A stretch of DNA of 20,000 nt from an uncultured virus (IMG/VR IMGVR_UViG_3300020473_000027) (lineage: Duplodnaviria; Heunggongvirae; Uroviricota; Caudoviricetes): IMG/VR virus record IMGVR_UViG_3300020473_000027; one strand, 5' to 3'. Both the position numbers and the translations under genes were made by a program. Below the pieces are notes generated by a model, which saw nothing but the letters and a program-made list of their open reading frames with translations, made no database searches and was not told the DNA's origin. Below, one piece after another: positions 8,065-16,593 of the stretch; the stretch's first letter is position 1; the number at the start of each line of letters is the position of its first letter.

Positions 8065-9327
8065 ATGGCAACTAGATACGAATTTGGCGATGTTTTGCTT
8101 CCTGTGGCTGAAGATTTAGCATCTGCAATCCCACAGGCGATGGCTTATGATAGTCAAATTAAATTAGCCGAAGCAAAATTAGCATTAGATACTCAGCGTG
8201 AAAATAGAATGGCTGAAGCACAAGAGTCTAATATGCAACTAAACAGGGAAAAGCTCAAATTAGACCAAGCGAATCACGAGAAAGCGATGGCTTTTCAAAA
8301 ACAACAAGCAATGGATAGAGAAAAAAATAATCTTCTGCGTCTAGCAAAAGACCCATACCAAAAAGCTATGATATATAGGAAGTATGGAGATTTTGAATCC
8401 GCTTCTTATTTTCAAGAAGAGGGGGACAAACAAGAAGACGATAAGGTATCTTTGCGGGATTTTTACTCAACTACAGGTAATGAAAATATTATTAAAGAAG
8501 GGGTTAAGGTTTTATCAACCATAGACCCTACATCTGGAGCATATGGAAGTGTATTGAAACGAGTAGATGATGCATTAGATGACCAAAGAAATGTTTACGC
8601 CGATATGCTTAAAATACCTGAGTTTAAATTAAGATATGCTGCAATCGAAGCTAAAATTAAAAATCCCATGAGTACAGATACAGATATTCAATCAGCTATA
8701 ACGGCATTGCAAGCTATGCAAACTCAGTATGAAAAACGATTTTTTGGTGGCGCAGGTGGAGAAGGTGGAGAAGGTGGAGAAGGAGGAGCAGGAGGAGCAG
8801 GAGGAGCAGGCGGAGCAGGCGGAGCAGGCGGAGCAGGTGGAGCAGGTGATGATGTAAATGATTTACTAAATGAAAAAGTATTTGAGCCCGAAGGAGCTTT
8901 AAGTTTCTTATCTGAGGAGGAAAGGCAGGATGTGAAAGAAAAAGTAGAGCCTTTAGAAAAAAGATATGATGAATTATCTGCTCAACTTGCTGAATTGGAA
9001 ACTCAAAGGCAGGGGAAGTACGATGAACTTAAAAGCAAAAAAGACACCCTATCTAAATTGGCAAAGCAAATTAAATATTATAGCAGAGTCGGTAATAAAG
9101 AAAAGTCCCGAGAAATAAACAAGTCTTATCGTGAGCTGCAATCTGAAATTGCTAGTTTAAGTGGCGAAATATCTAAATTAAAAACGTTAGAACGGGGCTT
9201 TGGAACTTCTACTGTTTCCCCTCAAGATGAATCTTTAGGTGCTCAGATTACTAGGATAAATCAAGAAATTGGAAAACTTCGCAGACAAAGCAGAAGATTA
9301 TCTGGGCAGCCAGCGTATGGTGGGTAA
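8065..9327 (+). CDS. Putative internal virion/ejection protein (420 aa), coiled coils split by a Gly-rich linker
   Basis: AAGGT RBS; helical coiled-coil composition; (GGX)n linker. Confidence 0.65.
   Translation: MATRYEFGDVLLPVAEDLASAIPQAMAYDSQIKLAEAKLALDTQRENRMAEAQESNMQLNREKLKLDQANHEKAMAFQKQQAMDREKNNLLRLAKDPYQKAMIYRKYGDFESASYFQEEGDKQEDDKVSLRDFYSTTGNENIIKEGVKVLSTIDPTSGAYGSVLKRVDDALDDQRNVYADMLKIPEFKLRYAAIEAKIKNPMSTDTDIQSAITALQAMQTQYEKRFFGGAGGEGGEGGEGGAGGAGGAGGAGGAGGAGGAGDDVNDLLNEKVFEPEGALSFLSEEERQDVKEKVEPLEKRYDELSAQLAELETQRQGKYDELKSKKDTLSKLAKQIKYYSRVGNKEKSREINKSYRELQSEIASLSGEISKLKTLERGFGTSTVSPQDESLGAQITRINQEIGKLRRQSRRLSGQPAYGG
8746..8847 (+). repeat. In-frame 9-bp tandem repeat (11 units + GGT) encoding GGA/GGE
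   Basis: GGTGGCGCA, (GGTGGAGAA)x3, (GGAGGAGCA)x3, (GGCGGAGCA)x3, GGTGGAGCA, GGT. Confidence 0.95.
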
Positions 9328-9336
9328 TGCTTTTTA

Positions 9337-12300
9337 ATGCCCAAATATAATATAACACAAGAAGAAAGAGATTTTTTACAGTCACTCGGCTCCGGGCAAT
9401 CTGGACGCAATGAAAAGCTATATGGCTTTATCCCGGGTGATTGGCTTCCTAACTGGGTAAAACAAGGGTATAACCAAAGTATAGAGGGAATGGCCCAACA
9501 GGTTATTAAGGGTGAGCCTGTGTTTACCATAGACCAAACCTATGACCCTAATATGTTAGAAGACGTTGCTTCAACTGTATTGAGTTTTTTTACACCAACC
9601 GACATTGCAACGATGGCGTTAGGTGGCGGCTTAGGAACTGCGGCGATTAAAAAAATAGCAGTTAATAAGATTGTAAAAGCAGGTGGGCGAAAAGGGCTTG
9701 CAAAGAAAGCGGTTGAACAAGCATATCCCAAGGTTGTTAATCAACTTAGAAACCGCGCAGTAACTGGAGCAACTGGATTAGGTTTTTATTCTGGCCTTCA
9801 ATCGGCTCTTGGTCAACAGGTCACTGATGAGGATATTAGCTTCACAAGAACATTAAAAGACACAATAACTGGAGCGGCGTTGGGTGCAGGAACTGGTGCT
9901 TTAGGTGTGGCTTCTAGAAGTGCTGCACTGCAAAGAGGTTTAACACCTACCCAAGCAACTTTAGTTGAAAAAGGAGCGGAAACCGCACTCTTTGGAACCG
10001 CGGGCCCAGTGTTAGAAGGTGAGTTACCTTCTGCTGAATCATACATTCATGCGGCTGGTGTTATTGGTGGATTAACTTTAAGTAAAGCGGCTCAGAAAAA
10101 AATATTTAAACCAAAAATGAGGGAGGTTGAAGGAGCTGAACTTGAAGCAATTTATAGGGAGAGCGCTGAAGCGAAAGTAGAACGACTTACTCCCAAAAGG
10201 TTACAACAAGAAGTATGGACAAAAGGAAAAGATGATGTAGTTATTATGACTGACTGGGTTAATACCCAAAGAAACGAACCAATGCTTTCTATTCGCAAGG
10301 TTAATAAAGATGGCACGCTGGGTGAATCATCTACTGTCCCTAAAAAGGAGTTTTTTAAACCAGTTAATGAGGGTGGGTATAGATTAAAGAAGACCAAAGA
10401 TGGAGTGGACGTAGATGCTAAAATACAAAGAAGAACATTTGAACTAGCTGGTAAAAAAGAATTAGACATGATTAAAAATGGGCAGTTAAAGCAAATGGTG
10501 GATATAGAGCTTGGAGAAGGGGCTCCAACTAAACCTAGTAAAAAAAGAAAAGGCGCGGTCAGTACTAATTATGAGTTATTAAAGAATAACTATGAAGCTA
10601 GGCAACGAATATTAAGGCAGGTGGAGAAAAGGTATGCTGTTGAAAAAGAGATTATAAGATTTAAAAAGATAGGAATACCTATTTACGAAGCTTCTGGTAG
10701 TTCTTTATTTAAAAAAGTATTGCCCGGTGCTGTGTATGATGTATTAGTGGGTTTAAAGCCATTGCGTCTAAGACCAAAAGACCCGCGATATAAGCCAATT
10801 TTTAACGATGTACAAAAAGATTATTATACCATGGATGCACGACAAGGTACATTATTCCAGCAATTAATATATAGTTTAAAAGATGCTACTTACATCACAA
10901 GAGAAGGTAAGGAAATAAAGGGTTTACATAAGTTAAAAACAAAAGAATTAAGAGAACAGTTAGCAGAAGATTTACGCTCTAAAGACCCAGAAGTACAAAA
11001 AAGAGTCGAAAGTTATAGAAAGGTTTTAGATGAATCATTTGGAATTGCAAAAAACTCAGGGTTAGATGTTGCTAAGTATGAAACGAATTACTTTCCAAGA
11101 AAATTAAACAAAAGAATATTAAGGGTAATACGAAATGACATAGAAAAGTTTGGAAACTATGACTCTCGAGCAATGAGTTGGGAACTAAACCAGAAAGCCG
11201 GTTTTGAAAAAACTTTATCCGCAGCTCTTAAAGGAAAAGAACTTTCCAGAGATACCATAAATGCAATTGAAACAATACGTCAGCAGATGTCTCAAAAGCT
11301 AAACAGACAAGTTTCAAATTCAGAAGCGTTTGAACGTCTTCGCAATGAAGTGTTTAGCGAAATAGTTATAACAAACAAAAACTTAGAACTAGCTAGAAAG
11401 CAAGATGTATTACCTGAAATATTATTTGAACAAGACGCGGGTATTGTTTTGACAGATTATATGGCTCAACTGGCGAAGAGGGTAGCGTTTGTTGAAACCG
11501 CCGGTAAAGATGGAAGCAAAGTATACGATAAAATTAAAGCATTGAAAGATATGGGAGGAAGAAATGAAGCAGAGCTGTTATACAAAGCTATTAATGCGTT
11601 CACGGGAACTATTGAATTAGATAGGAAATACAATTGGAGCCCAAAAACAAAAGGTATTTTAAACGATTTGGTTAACTTTCAGGTAGCAACCAAGATTGGT
11701 CTAGGCTTCGCCACAATACCGAATTTAACACAGCCATTCATATCCAGTGTTCTAAAAGCTGGTTACGCTCCATTTTTTAAGGGGACATACAGGATGGTTA
11801 CAGATAAAGAGTATAGAAAGGCTATTAAACAATATGCTGGTTCAGGTTCTTTAGAATTGCATCAAATGGTCGCTGGATTTAATCCAGCTGAAACTGGATG
11901 GACTTCTTGGATGGCTGATAAGATTACAAAAGTATCTCTTTTCCAAGGTGTTAATAGAGTTAATAAAATAGTATCTGCTTATACTGGGTATGAAGCTGCT
12001 TTAAAGTGGCAAAAGATTGCACAGACATCAAAGGTTAAAGCTAGACGCGATTGGGCTAAATCAAATTTAAAGTCAATGGGAATAACTGATGTCAAGAAAA
12101 AATTAACACAAGAAAATATGTCAAGAGCAATGTACGAATTTTCCAGAGATACACAGCTACAAAAAAATGTTTTTAGAGAACCTGCATTTTTTAATGACCC
12201 AAGAATGCAACCGTTTGTTTTATTTAAGCGTTTTGGATATAGGCAAGCAGAGTGGATTGGTAGGGAATTAAAAAAAGAGGTATTTCAGAATAAGAATGCA

Positions 12301-12930
12301 GCATTTGCCTTGCGTCTCGGCGTAGCTGGCATGGCTGGGGGAACATTTGTTCAATGGGCAAAGCGTGCCCTGTCTGACTTCTTAGCGGGAAGAGATGTAT
12401 ATGATGAAAATTATAAATTATTTGTTGAAGGTGAAGAATACGGGTTAAATGATTTTGTTGACGCGATGGCATCGGTTGGTGGTTTTGGTATAGTTTCTGA
12501 CATTATAGCATCTGAAAGTAAATGGAGAGCATTAGAATTTGCAGCCAAACCCGCTATAGCGCAAGATGCCGGGAAAGCTTATACAACTTTACAAAAACTT
12601 ATAGAAGATATGGATACATTTGGGCCCGATTGGGTGGTCGGGCAAAGAGCTTTGCGTAATATTTCACCAGTTTTTGGTAGTGTCGGCAGACGACTTGTAG
12701 GTAGATTTGAAACAAAGGGGCAAAGAAAGAATTATATTAGATATAGGTTTGGAGCTATAAGGTCTAGGGTCTTAGATTATATGATTGAAGAAAACGACAG
12801 GATGGCAAAAAGATTAATTAGAGAATGGAATAATTCATTTCCCGAAAGACCTTTTATGTACGATGATATAGGCCCGGAAGCTATTAATGATAGATTAATG
12901 AATAAATATAAAAAACAAATGAATCCTTAA
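9337..12930 (+). CDS. Large internal virion / DNA ejection protein (1197 aa)
   Basis: Largest ORF and last of the late block; Gly/Ala hydrophobic segments near the N- and C-termini, NYFPR motif, mostly helical. This matches the usual podovirus ejectosome position. Confidence 0.7.
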   Translation: MPKYNITQEERDFLQSLGSGQSGRNEKLYGFIPGDWLPNWVKQGYNQSIEGMAQQVIKGEPVFTIDQTYDPNMLEDVASTVLSFFTPTDIATMALGGGLGTAAIKKIAVNKIVKAGGRKGLAKKAVEQAYPKVVNQLRNRAVTGATGLGFYSGLQSALGQQVTDEDISFTRTLKDTITGAALGAGTGALGVASRSAALQRGLTPTQATLVEKGAETALFGTAGPVLEGELPSAESYIHAAGVIGGLTLSKAAQKKIFKPKMREVEGAELEAIYRESAEAKVERLTPKRLQQEVWTKGKDDVVIMTDWVNTQRNEPMLSIRKVNKDGTLGESSTVPKKEFFKPVNEGGYRLKKTKDGVDVDAKIQRRTFELAGKKELDMIKNGQLKQMVDIELGEGAPTKPSKKRKGAVSTNYELLKNNYEARQRILRQVEKRYAVEKEIIRFKKIGIPIYEASGSSLFKKVLPGAVYDVLVGLKPLRLRPKDPRYKPIFNDVQKDYYTMDARQGTLFQQLIYSLKDATYITREGKEIKGLHKLKTKELREQLAEDLRSKDPEVQKRVESYRKVLDESFGIAKNSGLDVAKYETNYFPRKLNKRILRVIRNDIEKFGNYDSRAMSWELNQKAGFEKTLSAALKGKELSRDTINAIETIRQQMSQKLNRQVSNSEAFERLRNEVFSEIVITNKNLELARKQDVLPEILFEQDAGIVLTDYMAQLAKRVAFVETAGKDGSKVYDKIKALKDMGGRNEAELLYKAINAFTGTIELDRKYNWSPKTKGILNDLVNFQVATKIGLGFATIPNLTQPFISSVLKAGYAPFFKGTYRMVTDKEYRKAIKQYAGSGSLELHQMVAGFNPAETGWTSWMADKITKVSLFQGVNRVNKIVSAYTGYEAALKWQKIAQTSKVKARRDWAKSNLKSMGITDVKKKLTQENMSRAMYEFSRDTQLQKNVFREPAFFNDPRMQPFVLFKRFGYRQAEWIGRELKKEVFQNKNAAFALRLGVAGMAGGTFVQWAKRALSDFLAGRDVYDENYKLFVEGEEYGLNDFVDAMASVGGFGIVSDIIASESKWRALEFAAKPAIAQDAGKAYTTLQKLIEDMDTFGPDWVVGQRALRNISPVFGSVGRRLVGRFETKGQRKNYIRYRFGAIRSRVLDYMIEENDRMAKRLIREWNNSFPERPFMYDDIGPEAINDRLMNKYKKQMNP

Positions 12931-13244
12931 TAACTTTTCTTATATCTTTTAGAACCTACAGTTTTATAATTTAACGCACGCGGATTCAACGCTTCATACT
13001 CCGCTTTCTTTTGTTTCCTATATTTAGTTTGAGCGGGCTTGCTCATATCTAACCAACATTCAGGTAATGGTTCTACCCTAGTTTCATAGCCTGATGCCAT
13101 GCCACAAAACAAAAAAGTCTTATCAGATTTAGAATCAGTCATTGGATTCCAATCGGATTCACCGCAGAAAGCGCATGATTTGTCTGCTTTAGGGCAATAT
13201 TTAAACACAGACCCCTTATTGTCGTTAAAATTAAGATTTGCCAA
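12927..13244 (-). CDS. Cys-rich, basic hypothetical protein (105 aa, TTG start), possible metal-binding
   Basis: AGGGG RBS-like motif before the TTG; CPKADKSCAFCG...FCG...C cluster; Lys-rich C-terminus. Confidence 0.7.
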   Translation of the reverse strand: MANLNFNDNKGSVFKYCPKADKSCAFCGESDWNPMTDSKSDKTFLFCGMASGYETRVEPLPECWLDMSKPAQTKYRKQKKAEYEALNPRALNYKTVGSKRYKKSY

Positions 13245-13311
13245 AAAAAAGTGCCCCTAATTTAGCGTATACGGCGATAAAAAAAGTTTTTTAATACCAA
13301 GTATGGCTGTC

Positions 13312-13346
13312 TGGGGAGACGAGGAATATACCCTCGCCTACCCCCA
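13312..13346 (-). other. GC-rich stem-loop downstream of the DUF736-like gene
   Basis: Minus strand UGGGG-GU-AGGCGAGGG-UAUAU-UCCUCGUCU-CCCCA. Its G-U pairs form only on the - strand, and no U-tract follows. Confidence 0.6.
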
Positions 13347-13359
13347 AATTGCAAGAAAT

Positions 13360-13584
13360 TTAGAATGCTGGCTTGGATTGTCCTTTATTCCCAAATTTCT
13401 CTGACGGTTCTTTGAAACTCATATAATAATATTCGTTTCCAGCTTTGGATTGACGTTTCCACATCGCAAAATCCATAAGCGTATCACCAACTTTACCTTT
13501 ACCAGTAAAATCAGGTTGATTATCCGCCGACTTTTTATCATTAGCAAATACCGTAGCGGTATTCTCTTTATGTTCAAATGCCAT
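13360..13584 (-). CDS. Small DUF736-like / putative ssDNA-binding protein (74 aa)
   Basis: AAGGAG RBS; F-x-N-x-KK-x4-PDFTG...A-x-W-x4-K-x-G-x2-Y pattern; C-terminal PAF. Confidence 0.65.
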   Translation of the reverse strand: MAFEHKENTATVFANDKKSADNQPDFTGKGKVGDTLMDFAMWKRQSKAGNEYYYMSFKEPSEKFGNKGQSKPAF

Positions 13585-13611
13585 TATTGGCTCCTTTGTG
13601 TTGTTAAATCT

Positions 13612-13699
13612 TTTAGCGAGTTAAATGTCAGCCTCTTCAGACCAATAACCACTGGTTAGAAAAAAGCTTTGGTGCCAACCAATCATCACACCCGCTAAA
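13612..13699 (-). ncRNA. Candidate cis-acting structured RNA (three-way junction) in the leader of the DUF736-like gene
   Basis: A 10-bp closing stem UUUAGCGGGU/ACUCGCUAAA encloses hairpins AUUGGUUGG/CUAACCAGU and UUGGUCU-GAAG-AGGCUGA. Many G-U pairs are valid only on the - strand. Confidence 0.45.
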
Positions 13700-14048
13700 T
13701 AGAATCTTTAATTAATGAAAGTAGTAAGCAATAATGTTCAAGGGGTACCACCATATATGGGATTCCCCTATCCTCTCTTATTACTACTCCTATCTCTTCC
13801 TTTTCAGGCTTGACCCAAGTTGCAATCGTCTTTCGTCTTTTGCATCCATAATATTTTCCTTCAATTTCAACATCTCCCATTTCATGTTGGGCCCCACCCC
13901 TGTCTCTGTTAAACGCTTCTAGTTTAAATTCTTTGGCTAAGTTTACTGTCTGCCTCTGGAGTTCCGCTCCCCTTTGCCTGTTCCGCTTCCCTCTCCTTTG
14001 ATTTTCTTTCTTCTTCTTTTTGTAAGTACTCTGTGAATTTTTCGACAT
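13695..14048 (-). CDS. Holliday junction resolvase-like protein (Hjc-type PD-(D/E)XK fold), atypical active site
   Basis: R-x-RGAELQR (cf. K-G-x-x-x-E-R), GDV, YGCKR (cf. E-x-K), and a V-I-R-x-DR-x3-Y-x-V-x-PL C-terminus typical of phage Hjc-like proteins. Confidence 0.65.
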   Translation of the reverse strand: MSKNSQSTYKKKKKENQRRGKRNRQRGAELQRQTVNLAKEFKLEAFNRDRGGAQHEMGDVEIEGKYYGCKRRKTIATWVKPEKEEIGVVIREDRGIPYMVVPLEHYCLLLSLIKDSI

Positions 14049-14187
14049 CTTTATTCCATATTAAGTAGTTTTCAAATAATCCCCGAACCATTCTAAGCTC
14101 TTGACTTAGTTCATAAAGCGTTCGAAACATATAACCTATCTGTTCATCACGCTCTTTGTTAGTTGTTTTATTCTTTTTAGATTTCAT
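13924..14187 (-). CDS. Hypothetical helical protein (87 aa)
   Basis: ATGA overlap with the upstream nuclease gene; LFENYLIW...F-x-EYL amphipathic helices. Confidence 0.65.
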   Translation of the reverse strand: MKSKKNKTTNKERDEQIGYMFRTLYELSQELRMVRGLFENYLIWNKDVEKFTEYLQKEEERKSKEREAEQAKGSGTPEADSKLSQRI

Positions 14188-14804
14188 TGTATTGCCATCC
14201 TTACTTTATCTCCTGTCTCCCAACAGTTAGGACAGGTTTTATATAAATTCTTAGAATCAGATTCATAAGTATAATTACACTCTGGACAAACATAATTCCA
14301 TGTAAGTTTATCTTCACCCTGCTGTCCATAAACCACATCTGGTTCTTTTTTCTTAATACCAAATATATGTAATGGATTAAGGAGTTCATCTATAGGTAAA
14401 AGAATTAAACTTGACTTGTTATTATCTCCGCCTTTGATATCTCGCTTTGAGTCGCCTAGATATTTACGGCACATATCTCTAATAATATTAGTCTTTAGAA
14501 AGATTGCAATGTTCTCATTTTGTTGTTCGTCTACCAATACATAGGCAACATACTTGGCCTCGGTCTTTGCAATTCCGCTCGGCTCACCGTTCATCTTATA
14601 TTCTACTGCTATATTACCAGTTTTCCAAGCTTTATAATCTTTTTTAAACTCAACCGTTTCTAGCATCTCAGCCCACTTACTCTCTGAAAGTTTACCTTCC
14701 ATCAAGTTAACATCAAAACGATAGTCAGCCTCTCCCTCTTCGCGGGCCTGTTTAACAATATCCCGCAATTGGTCTTCGTTCAGACCCACGTTAATGTGTT
14801 TCAT
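14184..14804 (-). CDS. PD-(D/E)XK-like endonuclease family protein with C-terminal zinc ribbon (206 aa)
   Basis: FD-x2-L-x2-G-x3-E, VEFK-x-D, TGNIAVEY, SGI-x2-TEA and GGD motifs; C-terminal CPEC-x14-CPNC. Confidence 0.7.
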   Translation of the reverse strand: MKHINVGLNEDQLRDIVKQAREEGEADYRFDVNLMEGKLSESKWAEMLETVEFKKDYKAWKTGNIAVEYKMNGEPSGIAKTEAKYVAYVLVDEQQNENIAIFLKTNIIRDMCRKYLGDSKRDIKGGDNNKSSLILLPIDELLNPLHIFGIKKKEPDVVYGQQGEDKLTWNYVCPECNYTYESDSKNLYKTCPNCWETGDKVRMAIQ

Positions 14805-14988
14805 CTGACTTGTCCAAAGGATTTGTACTCATTATGTCAGTTGACCCTGACTCCGCCTTGTTAGACCATTTGAGTTCTACTTTGAAACCAAGTCGTTCAC
14901 CTTTACGGCTGACCCATTCAATAAAGTCTCGGATATCTTCATCAGTAGTATCTTCAGATGGATGTATGTATAGTTTGTTCCAGTCCAT
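14791..14988 (-). CDS. Hypothetical protein (65 aa)
   Basis: TAATG coupling with the upstream SSB-like gene; GGAGGTG RBS. Confidence 0.65.
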   Translation of the reverse strand: MDWNKLYIHPSEDTTDEDIRDFIEWVSRKGERLGFKVELKWSNKAESGSTDIMSTNPLDKSDETH

Positions 14989-15443
14989 TAAAATGGCACC
15001 TCCCCTAATTTCTTTTTAAGTGTAGCTACGGGATAGCGCACAGGATTTCCGGATTCATTGACAAAGTTTTTATAACTCACATCAATGACAACCTTATATC
15101 CATCTATCATATCAAATTCAAGATATGGTAATGTAACCTTACCATTAACTTCATTATCCAATCCTAGGATACCACAAAACTTAGCAAACCCCCAGTTTCT
15201 GCTAGGTTTAAAGTTATATCCTGCTTTTTCTTTATATCTAAATACACCGTTATCTCTAACATCAGTATTTTCATACTCAGAATTAGCAATTCTATACACA
15301 GGCTTGAATATATCGGCTATGAAACCACCACATTTGACATTTTCTGTCATTTCTAACGAGGTTATGATTGCTTCATATTCTCCCGAGGGCATTTTAGGCC
15401 CACTCCCAGTCTCGCCGGGGATATAATATGCGTTATCAGTCAT
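14988..15443 (-). CDS. Putative single-stranded DNA-binding protein (DUF669-like), 151 aa
   Basis: P-x-GEY-x-A-x-I N-terminal motif, beta-rich OB-like composition and C-terminal EVPF tail. Confidence 0.6.
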   Translation of the reverse strand: MTDNAYYIPGETGSGPKMPSGEYEAIITSLEMTENVKCGGFIADIFKPVYRIANSEYENTDVRDNGVFRYKEKAGYNFKPSRNWGFAKFCGILGLDNEVNGKVTLPYLEFDMIDGYKVVIDVSYKNFVNESGNPVRYPVATLKKKLGEVPF

Positions 15444-15859
15444 TATTTTTTATAAGAATCTTTAATACTTTGTATCCTGTCAAGAGAATCTTGCAGGTTA
15501 ACCATGGTAATTTTACCACTTTCAAGAGCATCTAGTACCCTTTTAAGGTCTGGTTCTTTAAGACCTTCGGCATCCATATGAACCATTCCTTTAACAAAAG
15601 CCCTTGAGCCTTCTGTTTCAGTCTTAACAACTTCCTTACATTCATCAATAGACATCAATGGTGACCGTGGTTCATCTGATGTTTTATTGACGGTGAGGTC
15701 GTCTCCGACACCCTCCATAACGTAATCCACAAATCCTTCTATTTTTCCCATCTCAGATGGCTTTAATACACCACCCGATTTATACAGTTCTAAGGCAAAT
15801 CCGTAGCGCACCTTGCCACGATTGACCTTATCCCAGTTGACATTTTCATTATTATCCAT
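15443..15859 (-). CDS. Hypothetical protein (138 aa)
   Basis: GAGG RBS; TAATG coupling to the next gene; VNWDKVNRGKVR motif. Confidence 0.7.
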   Translation of the reverse strand: MDNNENVNWDKVNRGKVRYGFALELYKSGGVLKPSEMGKIEGFVDYVMEGVGDDLTVNKTSDEPRSPLMSIDECKEVVKTETEGSRAFVKGMVHMDAEGLKEPDLKRVLDALESGKITMVNLQDSLDRIQSIKDSYKK

Positions 15860-15876
15860 AATGTTATCCTCTTTAG

Positions 15877-16593
15877 TTAATCTAATCCTTTAATTCCACC
15901 GCCACAGGCCTCAAAGAAAGAGCAGTATTTAGCATTACATTCCCAATCCTCGACTGGAGCGAGGCCTTTTTCTATGGGCGGTAGACCTTCTTTAAACAGT
16001 TCCTGTACCTTTAACCAATAGCGTTCAGCCATATCAATATAGGTACGAGGGACTCGTAATTCTTTTACTCGAGAGTTGTTCTTATTATAAAATAATAAAG
16101 CCATCTTTCTTAGCTTAACACCCTTCTCTCTAAAATATAAACCATAAGTACCAAGTTGTATTGCGTAATTCTGTGGAGGCTCTTTACTTCCATATCTACC
16201 AAAGATAGATTGCCACTTATAATCATTACAGGTCTTGATATCGTACAAGGCACCATCTTTTAATACCATTGCATCAAGAAAACTTCTCACATTTAATCTA
16301 GGTATAGTGATTTCTTTTTCTATAAACACCTCTACATCATTCTCATCTGCATATTTCTGTAAGGCATCTTGCATATCTGTATGCACCAAATCACCCAGTC
16401 GAAATAATCTCATAGTATCTGAATCTTTTTCGCCCGATGGTAAACCTTCTACTTGTGCATAGTAATGTTTTCTAACGCACATACCGGCTCCAGAGGCGTG
16501 ATACCAAGTATCTTGACCTTCGTAGCGCTTCTCGAAGTTTTCGTCCTTTAATTCAAGTATATAATCATCATATATCTTAAACAAATCAAGCAT
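15877..16593 (-). CDS. Cas4-like / RecB-family PD-(D/E)XK exonuclease with probable Fe-S cluster
   Basis: The likely start is ATG 16593 (MLDLFKIYDD). Motifs: H-x-S-x4-C-x-RK, G-x3-H, LD, DIKT, Q-x3-Y and C-terminal C-x3-YC-x5-C, giving the 1+3 Cys arrangement. Confidence 0.85.
   Translation of the reverse strand: MLDLFKIYDDYILELKDENFEKRYEGQDTWYHASGAGMCVRKHYYAQVEGLPSGEKDSDTMRLFRLGDLVHTDMQDALQKYADENDVEVFIEKEITIPRLNVRSFLDAMVLKDGALYDIKTCNDYKWQSIFGRYGSKEPPQNYAIQLGTYGLYFREKGVKLRKMALLFYNKNNSRVKELRVPRTYIDMAERYWLKVQELFKEGLPPIEKGLAPVEDWECNAKYCSFFEACGGGIKGLD

Noticed and set aside
8746..8847. Collagen-like triple-helix repeat
   Set aside because: The pattern is G-G-X without Pro, which fits a flexible glycine-rich linker better.
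151..12472. Minus-strand and alternate-frame ORFs inside the + strand late genes (e.g. 902-1219, 6644-7051, 10152-10469)
   Set aside because: Shadow ORFs antisense to or nested within well-supported genes, with no RBS or motif support.
13612..13699. Hammerhead (CUGAAGA) or box C/D (GUGAUGA...CUGA) interpretation of the leader
   Set aside because: No GAAA follows a stem II. The C/D-like words are short, are sequestered in the better-supported hairpins, and have no supporting context in a bacteriophage.
15877..16593. Cas4-like gene as part of a CRISPR-Cas system
   Set aside because: No repeat-spacer array or other cas genes are in the window; stand-alone Cas4-like exonucleases are common in phage recombination modules.
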